This document shows positions 32,473 through 44,241 of a DNA stretch of 64,000 nucleotides, piece by piece (the stretch's first letter is position 1; the number at the start of each line of letters is the position of its first letter). The position numbers and the translations under genes are program-made. Location of the stretch: contig OZ251224.1 of the NCBI GenBank assembly GCA_965240325.2, positions 4,377,343 to 4,441,342 of the forward strand, given 5' to 3'. The notes beneath the pieces were generated by a model. The model was not told where the DNA came from and did no database searches. It saw nothing but the letters and a program-made list of their open reading frames with translations. Source of the stretch: Rebecca billardiae RCC1528 (lineage: Eukaryota; Protista; Haptophyta).

Positions 32473-33571
32473 ATGGCGGCTTTCGTCTTCCGCCGGGCGG
32501 CCGAGGCGCTCGGGCGCGGGTGCGTGCGGTCTCGAGCCTTGGCGAGCGCCGCCGCGCCCACGCCGATCGAGTCGGTCGGTGTCGTCGGCCTCGGCCTGAT
32601 GGGCCACGGCATCGCGCAGGCTGCCGCGAGCGCGGGCATGCGCGTGACGGGCGTGGAGCGCGAGCAGAGCGCGCTCGATGCGGGGCGCGCGCGCATCGAG
32701 CAGAGCGTGAGCAAGCTGCTGTCGAAGCAGGTGTCGAAGGGGGCCCTCGACCAGCCAGCCGCCGACGCCGAGGCGGCGCGCATCCTCGGCAACCTCTCGT
32801 TCGCCACGGACATTGCGGCCGTGTCCGAGGCCGACCTGGTGATCGAGGCGATCGTCGAGGACATGGCGATCAAGGTGCCGTTCTGGGCGCAGCTGGGCGC
32901 GCTGTGCAAGCCGGAGGCTATCTTCGCGTCGAACACCTCCTCGCTGCCCGTCACCGCGCAGGCCGAGGCGTCGGGCCGCCCCTGCCAGTTTGTGGGCGTG
33001 CACTTCTTCAACCCGGTGCAGCTGATGCGGCTGGTCGAGGTGATCGGCACGCGGCACACGAGCGAGCAGACGATGGAGGCGGCCAAGGCGTGGGCGGAGA
33101 GGCTGCCGAACAAGGTGGTCGTCACGTGCAAGGACACGCCCGGTGCGCGCGCGTGCGCGTGCGCGCGTGCGCTCGGCGCGCCGCTGAGGCGCGCGTGCGC
33201 TCGCGCGCGCGCGGCCCCACCGCGTGCGCTCGCCATCATCAGGCTTCATCGTCAACCGGCTGCTCGTGCCTGCCCTCGGCCAGGCGCTCGCCATGGTCGA
33301 CCGCGGCGACGCCTCGATCGCCGACATCGACATCGCGATGAAGCTGGGCGCGGGCCACCCGATGGGCCCGGTCGTGCTGGCAGACTACGTCGGGCTGGAC
33401 ACGATGCGCGCCATCCTGGCGGGCTGGGTGGAGGCGCACCCGGACGAGCCCGCCTTCTTCGTGCCGCGCTGCCTCGAGGCCAAGGTGGCCGCCGGGCACC
33501 TCGGGCGGAAGACGGGGCGCGGCTTCTACGTTTGGGAGGGCGATAAGCCGATGGGCGTCGCGGGGGACTGA
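32473..33571 (+). CDS. HADH: Mitochondrial 3-hydroxyacyl-CoA dehydrogenase
   Basis: VGVVGLGLMGHGIAQ, DLVIEAIVE, FASNTSSL, GVHFFNPV, KDTPGFIVNRLL (across intron 33143-33242), GAGHPMGP, LGRKTGRGFY; transit-peptide-like N-terminus. Confidence 0.95.
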
Positions 33572-33744
33572 CCGCGGGCCGCTGCCGTGTGAGTTAGAGA
33601 GTAGAGACCGTGAGACGGGCCGCTGCTGACGACGCCGACTGACTACCGTCCGTAATCTACCTACCGTCGGCGCTCGCGATCATCCGACGATCCGTAGCTA
33701 TGATGGCGGCACGCATATCGTGACGATCGTCACTGCGCACATCA

Positions 33745-33886
<142 letters not shown>

Positions 33887-34136
33887 TGTTAACTGTCGTC
33901 GTTAGTGCGGGCCGGGCGGTTCCGGCTCACCGCCGGTCCACCGTCCAGTCTCGGGGGTCCAGTGAGTGAGGCGCCGGTCCGCACCGCGGCCCCCCTGGCA
34001 CGGCTCCGTTACGTCTTGGCCCCGCGAGCCGAAGTCAATAATAACCATGAACCAAGCGGACCATGCAGCAGAGTCGCTTCCGACCCCCGCCGATTGATGA
34101 TGACTTCAACGAGAAAGGTCGTCTATCCATCGGACC

Positions 34137-34315
34137 ACCTCCCAATAGGTTCAGACTCTATTTTACGTACTATATGTAATTACCCGTCCGCCTTACTCAG
34201 ATTTCAGCACAGTCCGGGAGCGTTCCGGATACTTGTATACATATGCGAAAATAGTACCCGGATGGCCGGACTGGGTATTTAGTTATAGAAAATAGAGTCT
34301 GAACCTATTGGAGGT
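34137..34315. mobile_element. Putative MITE / fold-back element
   Basis: Perfect 23-bp inverted repeat CCAATAGGTTCAGACTCTATTTT (34142-34164) / AAAATAGAGTCTGAACCTATTGG (34289-34311), imperfectly extendable on both sides; AT-rich and non-coding. Confidence 0.6.
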
Positions 34316-34710
34316 ACGTGTGGCTGCTGACGATGATCCGCATCCGTGGCGCCCGTAATGTCGTCCAAGGGACCGCCTCGGTCGGGGGTGGTCTAGGAGC
34401 TATTGTAGTTAGATTATTCATCAGAGGCGGCGATCCCGCCGATTGCAGTGTCAAGATGAAGATGCTGTAACGCTCCAGTCAGAGACCGTCGGACTGGGGG
34501 GGGGGGGGTGGTGGTGGTGGTGGTGGTGGACGGGTGGACCGAAGCCGGAGCCCGCGTATAATATAGCAGACTCAGTATCTAGCTTACAATGGTGTGAGCA
34601 GACGACCGGACCCGGTCCGACAGACTTGACTGCTCGATCTCTCGGTCCGTCTCGGATCCGCCGACTCGGCCGGCTGATAGCATAGCGCTTTATAGTGATG
34701 CTGACAATCA

Positions 34711-34713
34711 ATA

Positions 34714-34749
<36 letters not shown>

Positions 34750-34830
34750 CATGTGTGTGTGTGTGTATATGTGTGTGTGTATGTATGTATGTATGTATGT
34801 ATATATATGTATATATGTATATATATATAT

Positions 34831-34861
<31 letters not shown>

Positions 34862-34864
34862 TAT
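34711..34864. repeat. Compound (TA)n/(TG)n/(TATG)n microsatellite
   Basis: Read directly from the sequence. Confidence 0.95.
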
Positions 34865-35300
34865 CGTCATAACGGCGCCTCAGCGGTCATCACGCCTCAC
34901 GGGTCAGCAGAGTTGCAAAGTCAGCTGGCAGCCCGGCACTCGGCTTATGGCCTTTGAACAGCAGCCCACGCGCAGACGCGGAGCTGTCTGAGTCTCAGCT
35001 CGGCGGACCCGGAGGCCGGAATCCCGGTCCCGGATGACTGTGATGATCGACATCGGTCATCGGATCGTCAGCTGATGATATGGCATATATATCATCCGAT
35101 ATATATCGTCACCGCCTGAGCTGGTGGCGCGGTCACGGTTAGGTCGAGATCATACACCGGGCAACGTTGTCCGATTCATCAGATTACCATTAGGTAGGAC
35201 CAAGATAATTTCAGAATTCGCGCTCCGTCGGCGTCGACGTTGTACGCCGGGGGGCGGTGTCCGGAACCCGGCCTGGCGACTCGGAATGCCGCGCTGCGCA

Positions 35301-35998
35301 TCACACGCTGAACGAGCTGCCGCAGCCGCACGTGCTCTCGGCGTTGGGGTTCTGCGCGCGCGGGCATGCGTGGAGCGGGGCGCGGCACCACGGCGCTGCT
35401 GAGCGCGGGACGCGACGCGCGAGGGACCGCGCCGCGGTGCGCGCACCTTGAAGCCAAAGCCGCCGCCGATCAGCTCGTTCGAGTAGGTGAGCTGAAGGCC
35501 GTACAGGAACATGGACGATTTGGGATCGATGACGCAGCGCAGTCCCTCCTGCGCGCGCGAGCGCGGCGCGAACGGCGCCCGCGTCCATGAGTCCGCGGCG
35601 GGCAGCACGCGCGCGCCGCGCCGCGCGCTCCGCACCTCGGCGTACTCGATCACCAGGTCGCTCTCGTCGATCTCGTCGGCCGAGATCATGTCCATCACGT
35701 AGCTCATCCCCGAGCAGCCGCCCGATCGCACGCCCATGCGCAGCACCATATCCTTGTCCGCGCCCTCCTTCTGCTTGAGCGCGACCAGCTGCGCCATCGC
35801 GGGCTCTGTGATGTGCAGCATCTCCTGCTCCGCGCCCACGATCACGTCGGCGAGCTGCACCGCCGCGCGGGCGAGCGGTGCGCGGCCGGCCGGAGCGGCC
35901 GTGAGGAACGCGCTGCCCGTTCGCCCGGGCGCCCTCGAAGCCGCCGCCGCCGCCACCACCAACAGCGCGAGGAGCGCACTGAGTGTCCGCGCCACCAT
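35301..35998 (-). CDS. sufA: Plastid IscA/SufA (HesB family) Fe-S cluster carrier
   Basis: LRMGVRSGGCSGMSY, IDPKSSMFLYG, LIGGGFGFKNPNAESTCGCGSSF after removing introns 35549-35635 and 35352-35446; bipartite-like presequence (signal peptide then GSAF). Confidence 0.92.
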
Positions 35999-36307
35999 GC
36001 TGTGCTGCTGCTGCACCCGCTCGAGACGCGCGCTTGGCGGTCCCGAGTTGGACCGGCACAGTGCCGCCGCCATTTCTGCTAGCAGCAATGATCTGCTGAT
36101 GGATCTCCGGCGCAATCTGCCGCTGCCGATCGGGGCACGACGTCCTGGAACTTCGCGCCTCGTCGTGTTCCCGCGGCTCCCGCTTCTTGCGAGCCGGCGC
36201 AGGCGCTCGGTGCAAACGACGACGCCGGCGGGTTTTGGCGGCACACGTCCGCCCGATTTGGCCGGCGCGGCTCTCATCTCGACGCCGCGTGTCACGGTCA
36301 CCGCCGC

Positions 36308-37788
36308 ATGCGCACCGGCGCGGGCGCTGCGGCGCGAGCGCCGCACGCAGCGCACCACCACGAGGCGCGCGCGTGGCACTGCGCGCGCTTGGTGCACCAC
36401 CCTCGCCCCGGGAGCTCGTGCGACCTCGCCGCCCTCGCCGCGCACTCTGTCGGCGGCGCGCCGCTCGCCGCCGCGGCCGCCCCCGAGCGCGCTCGCGCTC
36501 GCGCCGGCAGCAGCACTCGCGCCGAGCGCGTGCGCGCGCGGCTCTCCGTCGGCGCGGGCGCGGCGATCCTCCTCGCGCTGTGCTCGCAGCACGAGTGCGA
36601 GAAGACGCTCCTCGAGCGCGCGCCCGTCGGGCTCTTCTACCCGCTCGGCTCGTACTGCGGCCCCGCCAACGGGCGCGAGTACAACCTGCGGCCCGTCGAC
36701 GGGCTGGACGTGGTGTGCGCGCAGCACGACTACTGCATCGAGCGGTCAGAGTCGCTCGGCCACCTCTACCCCAAGGGCAGCGGCGGCGGCGCCGGCCGGC
36801 CGCGCGCCGCGCCGGCGTGGCTGCGCGGCTCTCTGGCGCTCACCGAGCTCACCGAGGGCGGCGCGCTCAGCGCACACGCGGCCGCTGCCGCGGCGGCCGA
36901 GCCGGCGGAGGACGAGGGCGAGGAGGGCGAAGAGCCGCTGCGCTGCGGCGCGCCGCTGGGGGCGTGGAAGGCGCCGCACGTCGCGCCCGCCATCGCGTCG
37001 TGCGACCTGCAGATGCTCCGCTCGCTGCAGCAGCGGCGCGTGGACTGCTCGGGCGCCGGGCTGGCGCGCTCGCCCTGGTGCGACCTGTTTGAGCAGCTGC
37101 CCGTGTGCGTGGGCGGGGCGGGCACCGGGCCGTGGGGGTACCGCGCGTGGGGGCCGCGTGGGCTGGCGTGCCGCTTCGCCGCGACCTACATCCGCGCGTT
37201 CGAGGGGCTCAAGGTGCGCGCACGTGCCGCGCGTGCCGCGAGGCCCCGCCCGCACGGCCGCGTGCGTCGCTCACGCCGCCCGCGCCGCACGCGCCGCGCC
37301 GCGCGCCGCCGCCGCCTCACCAGCTCGCGCGCAACGTCGGCTTCCAGCGCGCGTTCAACGGCTCCGCCGGCGTGATAGAGGTGACGGCGGTGACGATAGA
37401 GGCCACGATGACCTACGACGACGCGGACGACGCTGGCGGCGCGGACGACGACGACAGCCTCGGCGCGCCCGACGGCGGCAGCGCGGGGCAGCGGCCGCCT
37501 CGCTCGGCGCTGCGGCCGCGCGGCCCCGTGGCGCGCGACTCGCCGCTGGCGCGCGCCGAGGGCGCGGCCGAGCGCTCGGGCGCGGCGGAGCCGAGGCGAC
37601 GGGCCGGCGGCGCGGCGTGGCGCATGCCCGTGCGCGTCACGCTGCGGCTGAGCTGGCGCACCACGCGCGTGTGCGCCTCGTCGGTGGTGGCGCCCCTCGA
37701 CTGGCTGCGGCGGCGCGTGCGCTTCAAGCTGCTCACGCGGCACACGACACGCGCCGCGCGCAGCGGGCTCGCGCCCGCGGAGACGTGA
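36308..37788 (+). CDS. Secreted-type phospholipase A2 domain protein with an unknown C-terminal domain
   Basis: GSYCGP Ca-loop-like motif, PVDGLDVVCAQHDYC catalytic His-Asp helix, later CDLQML; intron 37214-37323; start uncertain. Confidence 0.65.
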
Positions 37789-38421
37789 GTCTCGGCGGCG
37801 CGGAACGGCGGTCGGCGTGTGCGACTGCCGCGTGCTCAGGGGCGCGCGGCCGGGCGAGGAGCCCAGGCTGCGCCCCCGAGCGCGCGGTGCCATCCGGCCC
37901 GCCCGCCACCGCGTCGGGCGCTAGTCGCGCAGGGGGAGGGGTCGCGCTGCTCGCGGCAATCGGCCGGACGCGCGACGCCTCGACAAGGTCGTCTGTACCA
38001 TAGTAGAAGAACGAGAAGTTAGTCAGGAGCCCGAGCAGGTCGTCACTCGTCCCACGGGCCGCACGGTCCTCAACCCAGTCGCGGGACGATGTACTCTACT
38101 ACTCTCTAGCAGGATAGATGATGGTGCCCACCAGTGGGCACCACCTACTATATAGTACACGCGTAGGCATAGTCATACACGTCAGCAGCGTGCGCCAGCA
38201 GCGTGCGCGGTGCAGCTTGTCTAACTCTAAGAGTCTAAGACGGCATTGACTTCTGTCAGCGGCTGCTCTCAAATCTCAATGCTCACAAGTTGTCAGTTGA
38301 ATCAGAGGCGGCTCTCGGTGCACAATCGCGGCAAATCTGAAATCGTCGACGACCAGGTCAAAGTCCAAACGGCGCTGAACTTTAGAAGACGGGCGCGGAA
38401 TCCACGCGCCGCCTCGTCGCC

Positions 38422-39234
38422 ATGGCTTCCGCCGTGGCGGAGGACGTGGGGGTCGTTGGGGACGTGCTCGTGCTGCACGTGGCGCCGGCCCTCGGCGTGC
38501 TCGTCGCGAACGCGATGTTCATCTCGCCGTACGTGCTCGACGTGCGCGGCGTGCGCGTGCACGCCTCCCTCGGCGCCGTCAACCCGTGGCCGATGGTGGG
38601 GATCGTGCTCAACTGCCTCGGCTGGCTCGTGTACGCGTGCGAGCTGCGCGACGCGTACGTCTTCTCCGCGAACTTTGCGGGCTTCCTGCTGGGCATCTGG
38701 TACGTCATGCAGTGCCACGCCGCGACGCCGTCGCTCGAGGCGCGCACGCAGCTCGAACGCGGCATGCTCGGCGCCATCGGCGTGTGGGGCGTCGCGGGTG
38801 CCGTGCGCACGATCGGCTTTGGCGACGTGCCCGAGGCGGCGCTCATGTTCGCGTGGGGCACCGTGGTGTGCCTCGTGCTCTTCTACGCGTTCCCGCTCTC
38901 CGCCCTCTACACGGTGCTCTCGCAGCGCGACTCCTCCGCCATCATCACGCCGCTGGCGGTCGCGTCGTGGCTGAACGGCGCGTGCTGGACGGTGTACGGG
39001 CTGCTGGGCGTGCGCAACGCATTCATCTGGGTGCCCAACGCGATGGGCGTGGCGCTCGCGTCGGCGCAGCTGCTGCTGTGCGCCGTGCTGCCCAAGACGG
39101 CCGACCGGCTCGAGCGCGAGCGCCGCGCTGCGCGCGCGGCCGAGGCGGCGGGTGCCGCCCATGTGGAGCGCGCCGTGCCGATCGCCGTGCCGCCGGCCGC
39201 AGCCGCGGGCAAGCCCGGCCCCCGCGCGCGGTGA
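38422..39234 (+). CDS. SWEET: SWEET (MtN3/saliva) sugar transporter
   Basis: Seven hydrophobic segments; MFISP, NPWP..NCLGWLVY, FYAFPL, NGACWTVYGL, IWVPNAMG. Confidence 0.9.
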   Translation: MASAVAEDVGVVGDVLVLHVAPALGVLVANAMFISPYVLDVRGVRVHASLGAVNPWPMVGIVLNCLGWLVYACELRDAYVFSANFAGFLLGIWYVMQCHAATPSLEARTQLERGMLGAIGVWGVAGAVRTIGFGDVPEAALMFAWGTVVCLVLFYAFPLSALYTVLSQRDSSAIITPLAVASWLNGACWTVYGLLGVRNAFIWVPNAMGVALASAQLLLCAVLPKTADRLERERRAARAAEAAGAAHVERAVPIAVPPAAAAGKPGPRAR

Positions 39235-41002
39235 CGGCGGCGGGCGGCGGGCCGGCTTCTGTGCGCTGCGCGGCCGCACAGCGGCGAATGGCCGAGCACG
39301 TTGACCGTGTCACCGTGTCCGGTCAGCCTGTCTTCCTGACAGTCCTGACTGAGTGACTGACGGACCCTCAGGCCTCACCCGTGCCCGCCGCGACGATGCA
39401 CGGATCGAGCGACTACCGCCAGCATAGTGGTGCGACTACGTCTTAGAATCTGCTCCGACCGCGCAGTCCGCCGCAGCATCATATCAGTCATCACCGACGG
39501 CGCATCATGGATTCCGATGCGGCGATGCGCGGCCGCCGCCGCCGCGCCCGCGGCCCGCGCCGCGCGGCGCGGGCCGCGGAGCCACTCCGGACTCCCGGCC
39601 TGAGGCTGAGTCGTGACTGTCGTGACTACTGACTATACTTATTATAATAATCTATATATACTGATGGCTATCGCGTCTGATTTAATATGCATCCGTCGTC
39701 ACGGACTCAGACTCGACCCGGCAGCAAGCGCATCAGTGACTAGATGATGAAAACGTTCCGGCCCGGCGGCTCCGGTCACTGTCCGGGACGTCCAGCAGGG
39801 GTGCATTCAGACTCTCTGGGGGGGTCTGGGGGGGGGCTCCCCCCAGCCGATCGAAGGACCAAATACGCCTCAATAAGGCCCCAACTCGCCAGAATTCGCA
39901 TAGCAGACCGTGTTCGCTGGTGTTGGCTGAGGGCTGCATCGTGCGGCGTCGGCTCTGCGCCGGGCGGCCATGACGCATTACACACAGCCCCGATATCGGC
40001 GCCTCCCTCGCGAGTCAAGACGTAGCGCAGTGCAGGATCGAGCAACGCATTGACCGCTGCGGCGCACCGCGCAGGCCACGCCGCACCTCAGCACTCGCGA
40101 ACAAGCTCTGAGCCAGCCAGCTGTGGCAGTCCTCTGAGGAGCTGCAGCCAAGCACGAGCTCGTGCGCATACCCGTGGCACCACGAGCTGACGGCGCGGCC
40201 CGGGGCGCGAGCAGCTAGAAGCCGACAAGCTCATGCGCACGCCCGCACCGCCGCGAGGTGTGGCCGCCGGCGCGAGCAGCTCGACGCGGATAGCGCGCAG
40301 CTTGCTCGAGTCGACGAGCAGCTTCTCGCCCATCGGTGACTCTCAGTGCACGAAGGTGCACCCGGGGCGCGAGCGCGACAGGGTGCCGCGGCCAACCAGC
40401 GGATGCGCCCGGATCAAGGCCTCCAAGGCGTCTCGTCTCCTCGCCCGCTCGGCGGAGCTCCATCGTGCGAGAGACCGGTCCGGGAGCCCCAAAAAAAGTT
40501 CAGCACGATGGAGTCCTCAGTGTTCGACTGTGACGACGCGTTCAAGGACAAAGAAACATACGAAATCGTCTGCGGCTTCGGTTTTGAACCTGCGGCTTCG
40601 TCCGCCGCCCCGGAGATCTTTCGATTGGTACCCTCATCGCTCCCTGGCTCCCAGGGGTTCGTCTAAATGCACCCCCCCCCATAGGGTCAGTGGACGTCCC
40701 TGACTGTGGCTGGAGCCCGGCGCGGCCTGGGCCTGGCGGGGTGAGCTGGTCGGAGCGGGCCGTCATCATGCGGCGCGCCTCAGCAGCCCGACTGCGAGCT
40801 GGAGCTCGGTCCAACGCGCCGTCTGCCCGGATTCTGTCGTCGGACGCGACGAAGGACCGACGGCCGTCGCCATCGCGCACGCCGCCCGCGCTCGGGCCAA
40901 ACAAGGGCTGCACTCCCGCCGCCATCCAGCCCTGCACACTCGCCCTCTCGGCCGAGCTCGCGCGGGCCCGCCCGGCAGCCGCAGCGGGTTGCGGCGGGTT
41001 GC

Positions 41003-41958
41003 TCAGACGGTGACGGGGTTCATCTTGGTGAGCGTCTCCACGTCGATCTTCATCGACGGGCCCATGCTCGAGCACACGTACATGGAGAGCCAGTACTTGC
41101 CCTTGGCGCCGGTGGGCTTGTTCTTGTCCACCACCTCCTGCACCGCCTTGAGGTTGGTCAGCAGGTCCTGTGCCGCACCAAGCCGCAGGCAGGCAGGCAG
41201 GCACACCCGCAGGGGGGCGGGCAGAGGGTCAGGGGGCGGGCGCGCGCGCGCACGGGGGCGCACCGGGGGGCGGCGGCGGCGGCAGCGGCGCGCACATCCG
41301 CCTCGAAGTCGCACTTGCCGAAGGGCACGTGCACGATGCCCTGCTTGTCGCAGCGGAACTCGAACTTGCCCGACTTGAACTCGGCGACGGCGGCGGCGGT
41401 GTCGGTCGCGACCGTGCCCGCCTTGGGCGAGGGCATCAGGCCCTTCGGGCCGAGGACGCGGCCGAGCTTCGCGATCTTTGGCATGGCGGGCGGCGTGGCG
41501 ATCAGGACGTCAAAGTCCAGCGTCCCCGAGCTGATCGACTGCACCAGCTCGTCCATGCCCACCAGGTCGGCGCCGGCCGCGGTCGCGGCGTCGGCCATCG
41601 GGCCGTCGGCGAGCACGGCGACGCGCACCTCCTTGCCCGTGCCCTTGGGCAGCGCGACGGTGGTGCGGAGCTGCTGGTCGTTGTATTTGGGGTCGAGCGC
41701 CAGCCGGATGTGCGCCTCCGCCGTCTCGACGAACTTGGCGCTCGCCATCTCCTTCATGAGCTTGACCGCCTCGTCGGGCGCGTACTCCTTCTCCGCGTCC
41801 ACCAGCTTCTCCGCGGCGGCCATGCGCTTCGAGAGCTTCATCTCGAGCGCTGCCGCTCCCCGGCCGCCCACGCGGCTCTGTGCCACCGGCCCGCCATGTC
41901 GCAACACGCTCGTCGCGGCGAGCGCCTGCGTGGCGACGAGGGCGAGCAGCAGCGCCAT
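41003..41958 (-). CDS. rpl1: Nucleus-encoded plastid 50S ribosomal protein L1 (uL1c)
   Basis: [66 protein letters not shown]; intron 41168-41295; signal peptide [14 protein letters not shown]. Confidence 0.93.
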
Positions 41959-42498
41959 TAGCGGCTGGTGATGGCGTCCACGAGAGGGCGGCCTGCCGAG
42001 CACGCCACAGCAAGGCCACGGAGCTCATTCGTCGTCTCTTCGCGACAGCCCCGGACTTTTTCGGCCGGCCTTTTCGAGCTGCCCGGACCGGGGCGCATCC
42101 AAGCGGGAGCCGCTGATGAGATGATGCACACGCGGGCACGGCCGCACAAGCGCGCGCGCGCACTTCCGCAGAGAGCTGGGAGCAATCATCGGAGTCACGG
42201 CCTGAGCTGAACATGTCATCGTCATGATCCCGCCTCTTCACTCACGCCCGGCGGGCGACGGCGGCGTCGGTCACGGCTGAGCCACGCAGTAACGTGCGGC
42301 GGGCTTCGCCGCCTAGCAGGCGCCGCAGACCACGGCTCCGGTCAGAGTCGATCTGCGGCGCCGGCATCGTGATGGCCCCTTTCTCATCCGTCTGACGGCG
42401 CGGCCCCGGCCCAATCGGCCGCGGCCGCGGCGGCGCACGCCCCCTCCCGCCACGCGCGGCCGAGGCCGCGGCCGCGGCCGACGGCGCGCGCGCGCCGC

Positions 42499-43976
42499 TT
42501 AGAAGATGTTGATGTACTGCTGCATCTGCATGCGCTGGCCCTGCTGGATGCACTCGGCGATCCACACGATGTTGCGGATCTCCTGCTCGCGCAGCTTGAC
42601 GTAGGCCCAGAAGAGGCCAAAGTGGAACTGCTGCTCAAATGCGTCCTTGTTGAGCGCAACCTCGAGCTCGTAAAACGAGTTCTCCACGGACTTCTCCTCC
42701 TGCGCGCACGCACGGGCACGCGCCGCGCGCGCGCGATGCGCCGCCGCCGCGCGTGAGCACCACCGCCGCGGCGCGCGCGCGCACCGCCCCTCGCACGCGG
42801 CGCGCGGGCGGTGCGGTGCGGTGCGGTGCGCGTGCGCGTGCGCGCACCCCGAGGCCCTGCTCCGCGAGCACGTTGCGGTAGTCCGCGTATGGGTCGAGCG
42901 CGGCGCGCACGCCGTCGAGGTCTGTGGCGAGCGCGAGGCGCGCGGTGCCCTCCGGGTGCAGGTGGCCGATCGTCGGGTACAGCTTGACCTTGTCGTCGCG
43001 CGAGAGCTCCGTCTCGAAGGAGTTGACGGTGATGTTGATGGCGCGCCGGTCCGCCTCGAGCGCGAGGATGCCGCCCATCACCTCCGCCGTCTCCTCGCCG
43101 CACTCCGACTTGCAGAAGTTGTGAAAGTCCTCGAGGTACGCCTTGTAGAGCGAGTTGCGGATGATCTCGATGTTGAGCTCGTCGAGGTCCTCCACGCCCG
43201 GCTGCCGCTCGCCCACCTGCGGCGAGCGCCACAAGTTGAGCACGTTGACGAAGTAGGGGCCGATCGGCGTCTCGACGAGCACCATCTCGTACAGGTCCTT
43301 GGCCGTGTTCGGGATCGACGCGGCGGAGAGGCCGTCGAAGAGGCCGAGCGGGTGGCACTTGGCCATGAGCTCGTTGGTGTCGCGGTCGTGCAGCGCGCCC
43401 GTGATGATGAGCATCAGGTTGTCGATCATGTACCCGTACGTGATGTACTCCATGAAGGTGGCCATCGGCTCGACCGCCTGCACCTTGAGGTGGTTGAACT
43501 CGGCGACCAGCTTCTCGGTCGCCTTGTTGGCGAGCGTGTTGGTCGAGATGGGCGAGGGCTCGTTCTGCAGGAAGTTGCCGTAGTCCGTGCCCTGCAGCTG
43601 CAGCTTCATGTCTGCGCGCGCCGCACGCACCGCCCGCGCGCGCGCGCGGCGCCGCGTGAGCGCCGCCGATGGGCGGCCGCGCGCGCCGCGCCGCGCGCGC
43701 CGCGCGCACCGTCGACGGTGTCGCACTGCTGCAGGTTGGCGTAGTCCGCCGCGGTGAGGATGCCCGAGCGGAAGCCCCGAGCCACCTGCGGCGCCCGTGC
43801 CAGGCGCCCCGCGGCGCACGCGCAGCCCGGCGTGAGTCGATTGCCGCCGCGCATCTCCGCAGGCCGCGCGGCGCCGCGAGCGCGCGCGCGCGTCGGCGGC
43901 CGGCGGCGGTGCGAAGCGGCGCGCGCACCGCCTCGAGGAAGCCGCCATCCACGTTGAAGTACACCATCGATGACAT
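42499..43976 (-). CDS. VMA6: V-type ATPase V0 subunit d
   Basis: [76 protein letters not shown]; introns 43786-43928, 43612-43709 and 42700-42847. Confidence 0.97.
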
Positions 43977-44241
43977 GGCGCCCGCCGAACTCGCTCCACA
44001 CACCCCGCTACTGCGGCGCGGGCGATGGAAGCCGAAGCTGAGAGGTGTCGGCCGAGCACTTCGGGCGCAGCACAGCACCACAGCGGGCCAGCAGCATGAT
44101 GGGCTCGGGGGCCCGAGCAGGATCGCCTGCGCCTTGATTATTGGCCGAGCCGGTCGTAACCCGCCCGGACTTTGGAGCCCCGCCCCGCGCCGGACCCGCG
44201 CTCTCGCGAGGGACGACCGCTGCCACCGCGGCTCCGAGGGG

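Noticed and set aside
38106-38143. 10-bp hairpin TGGTGCCCAC/GTGGGCACCA near CTAG as a Helitron 3' end
   Set aside because: CTAG is not followed by the expected T and no 5' end or other copy is visible; too weak.
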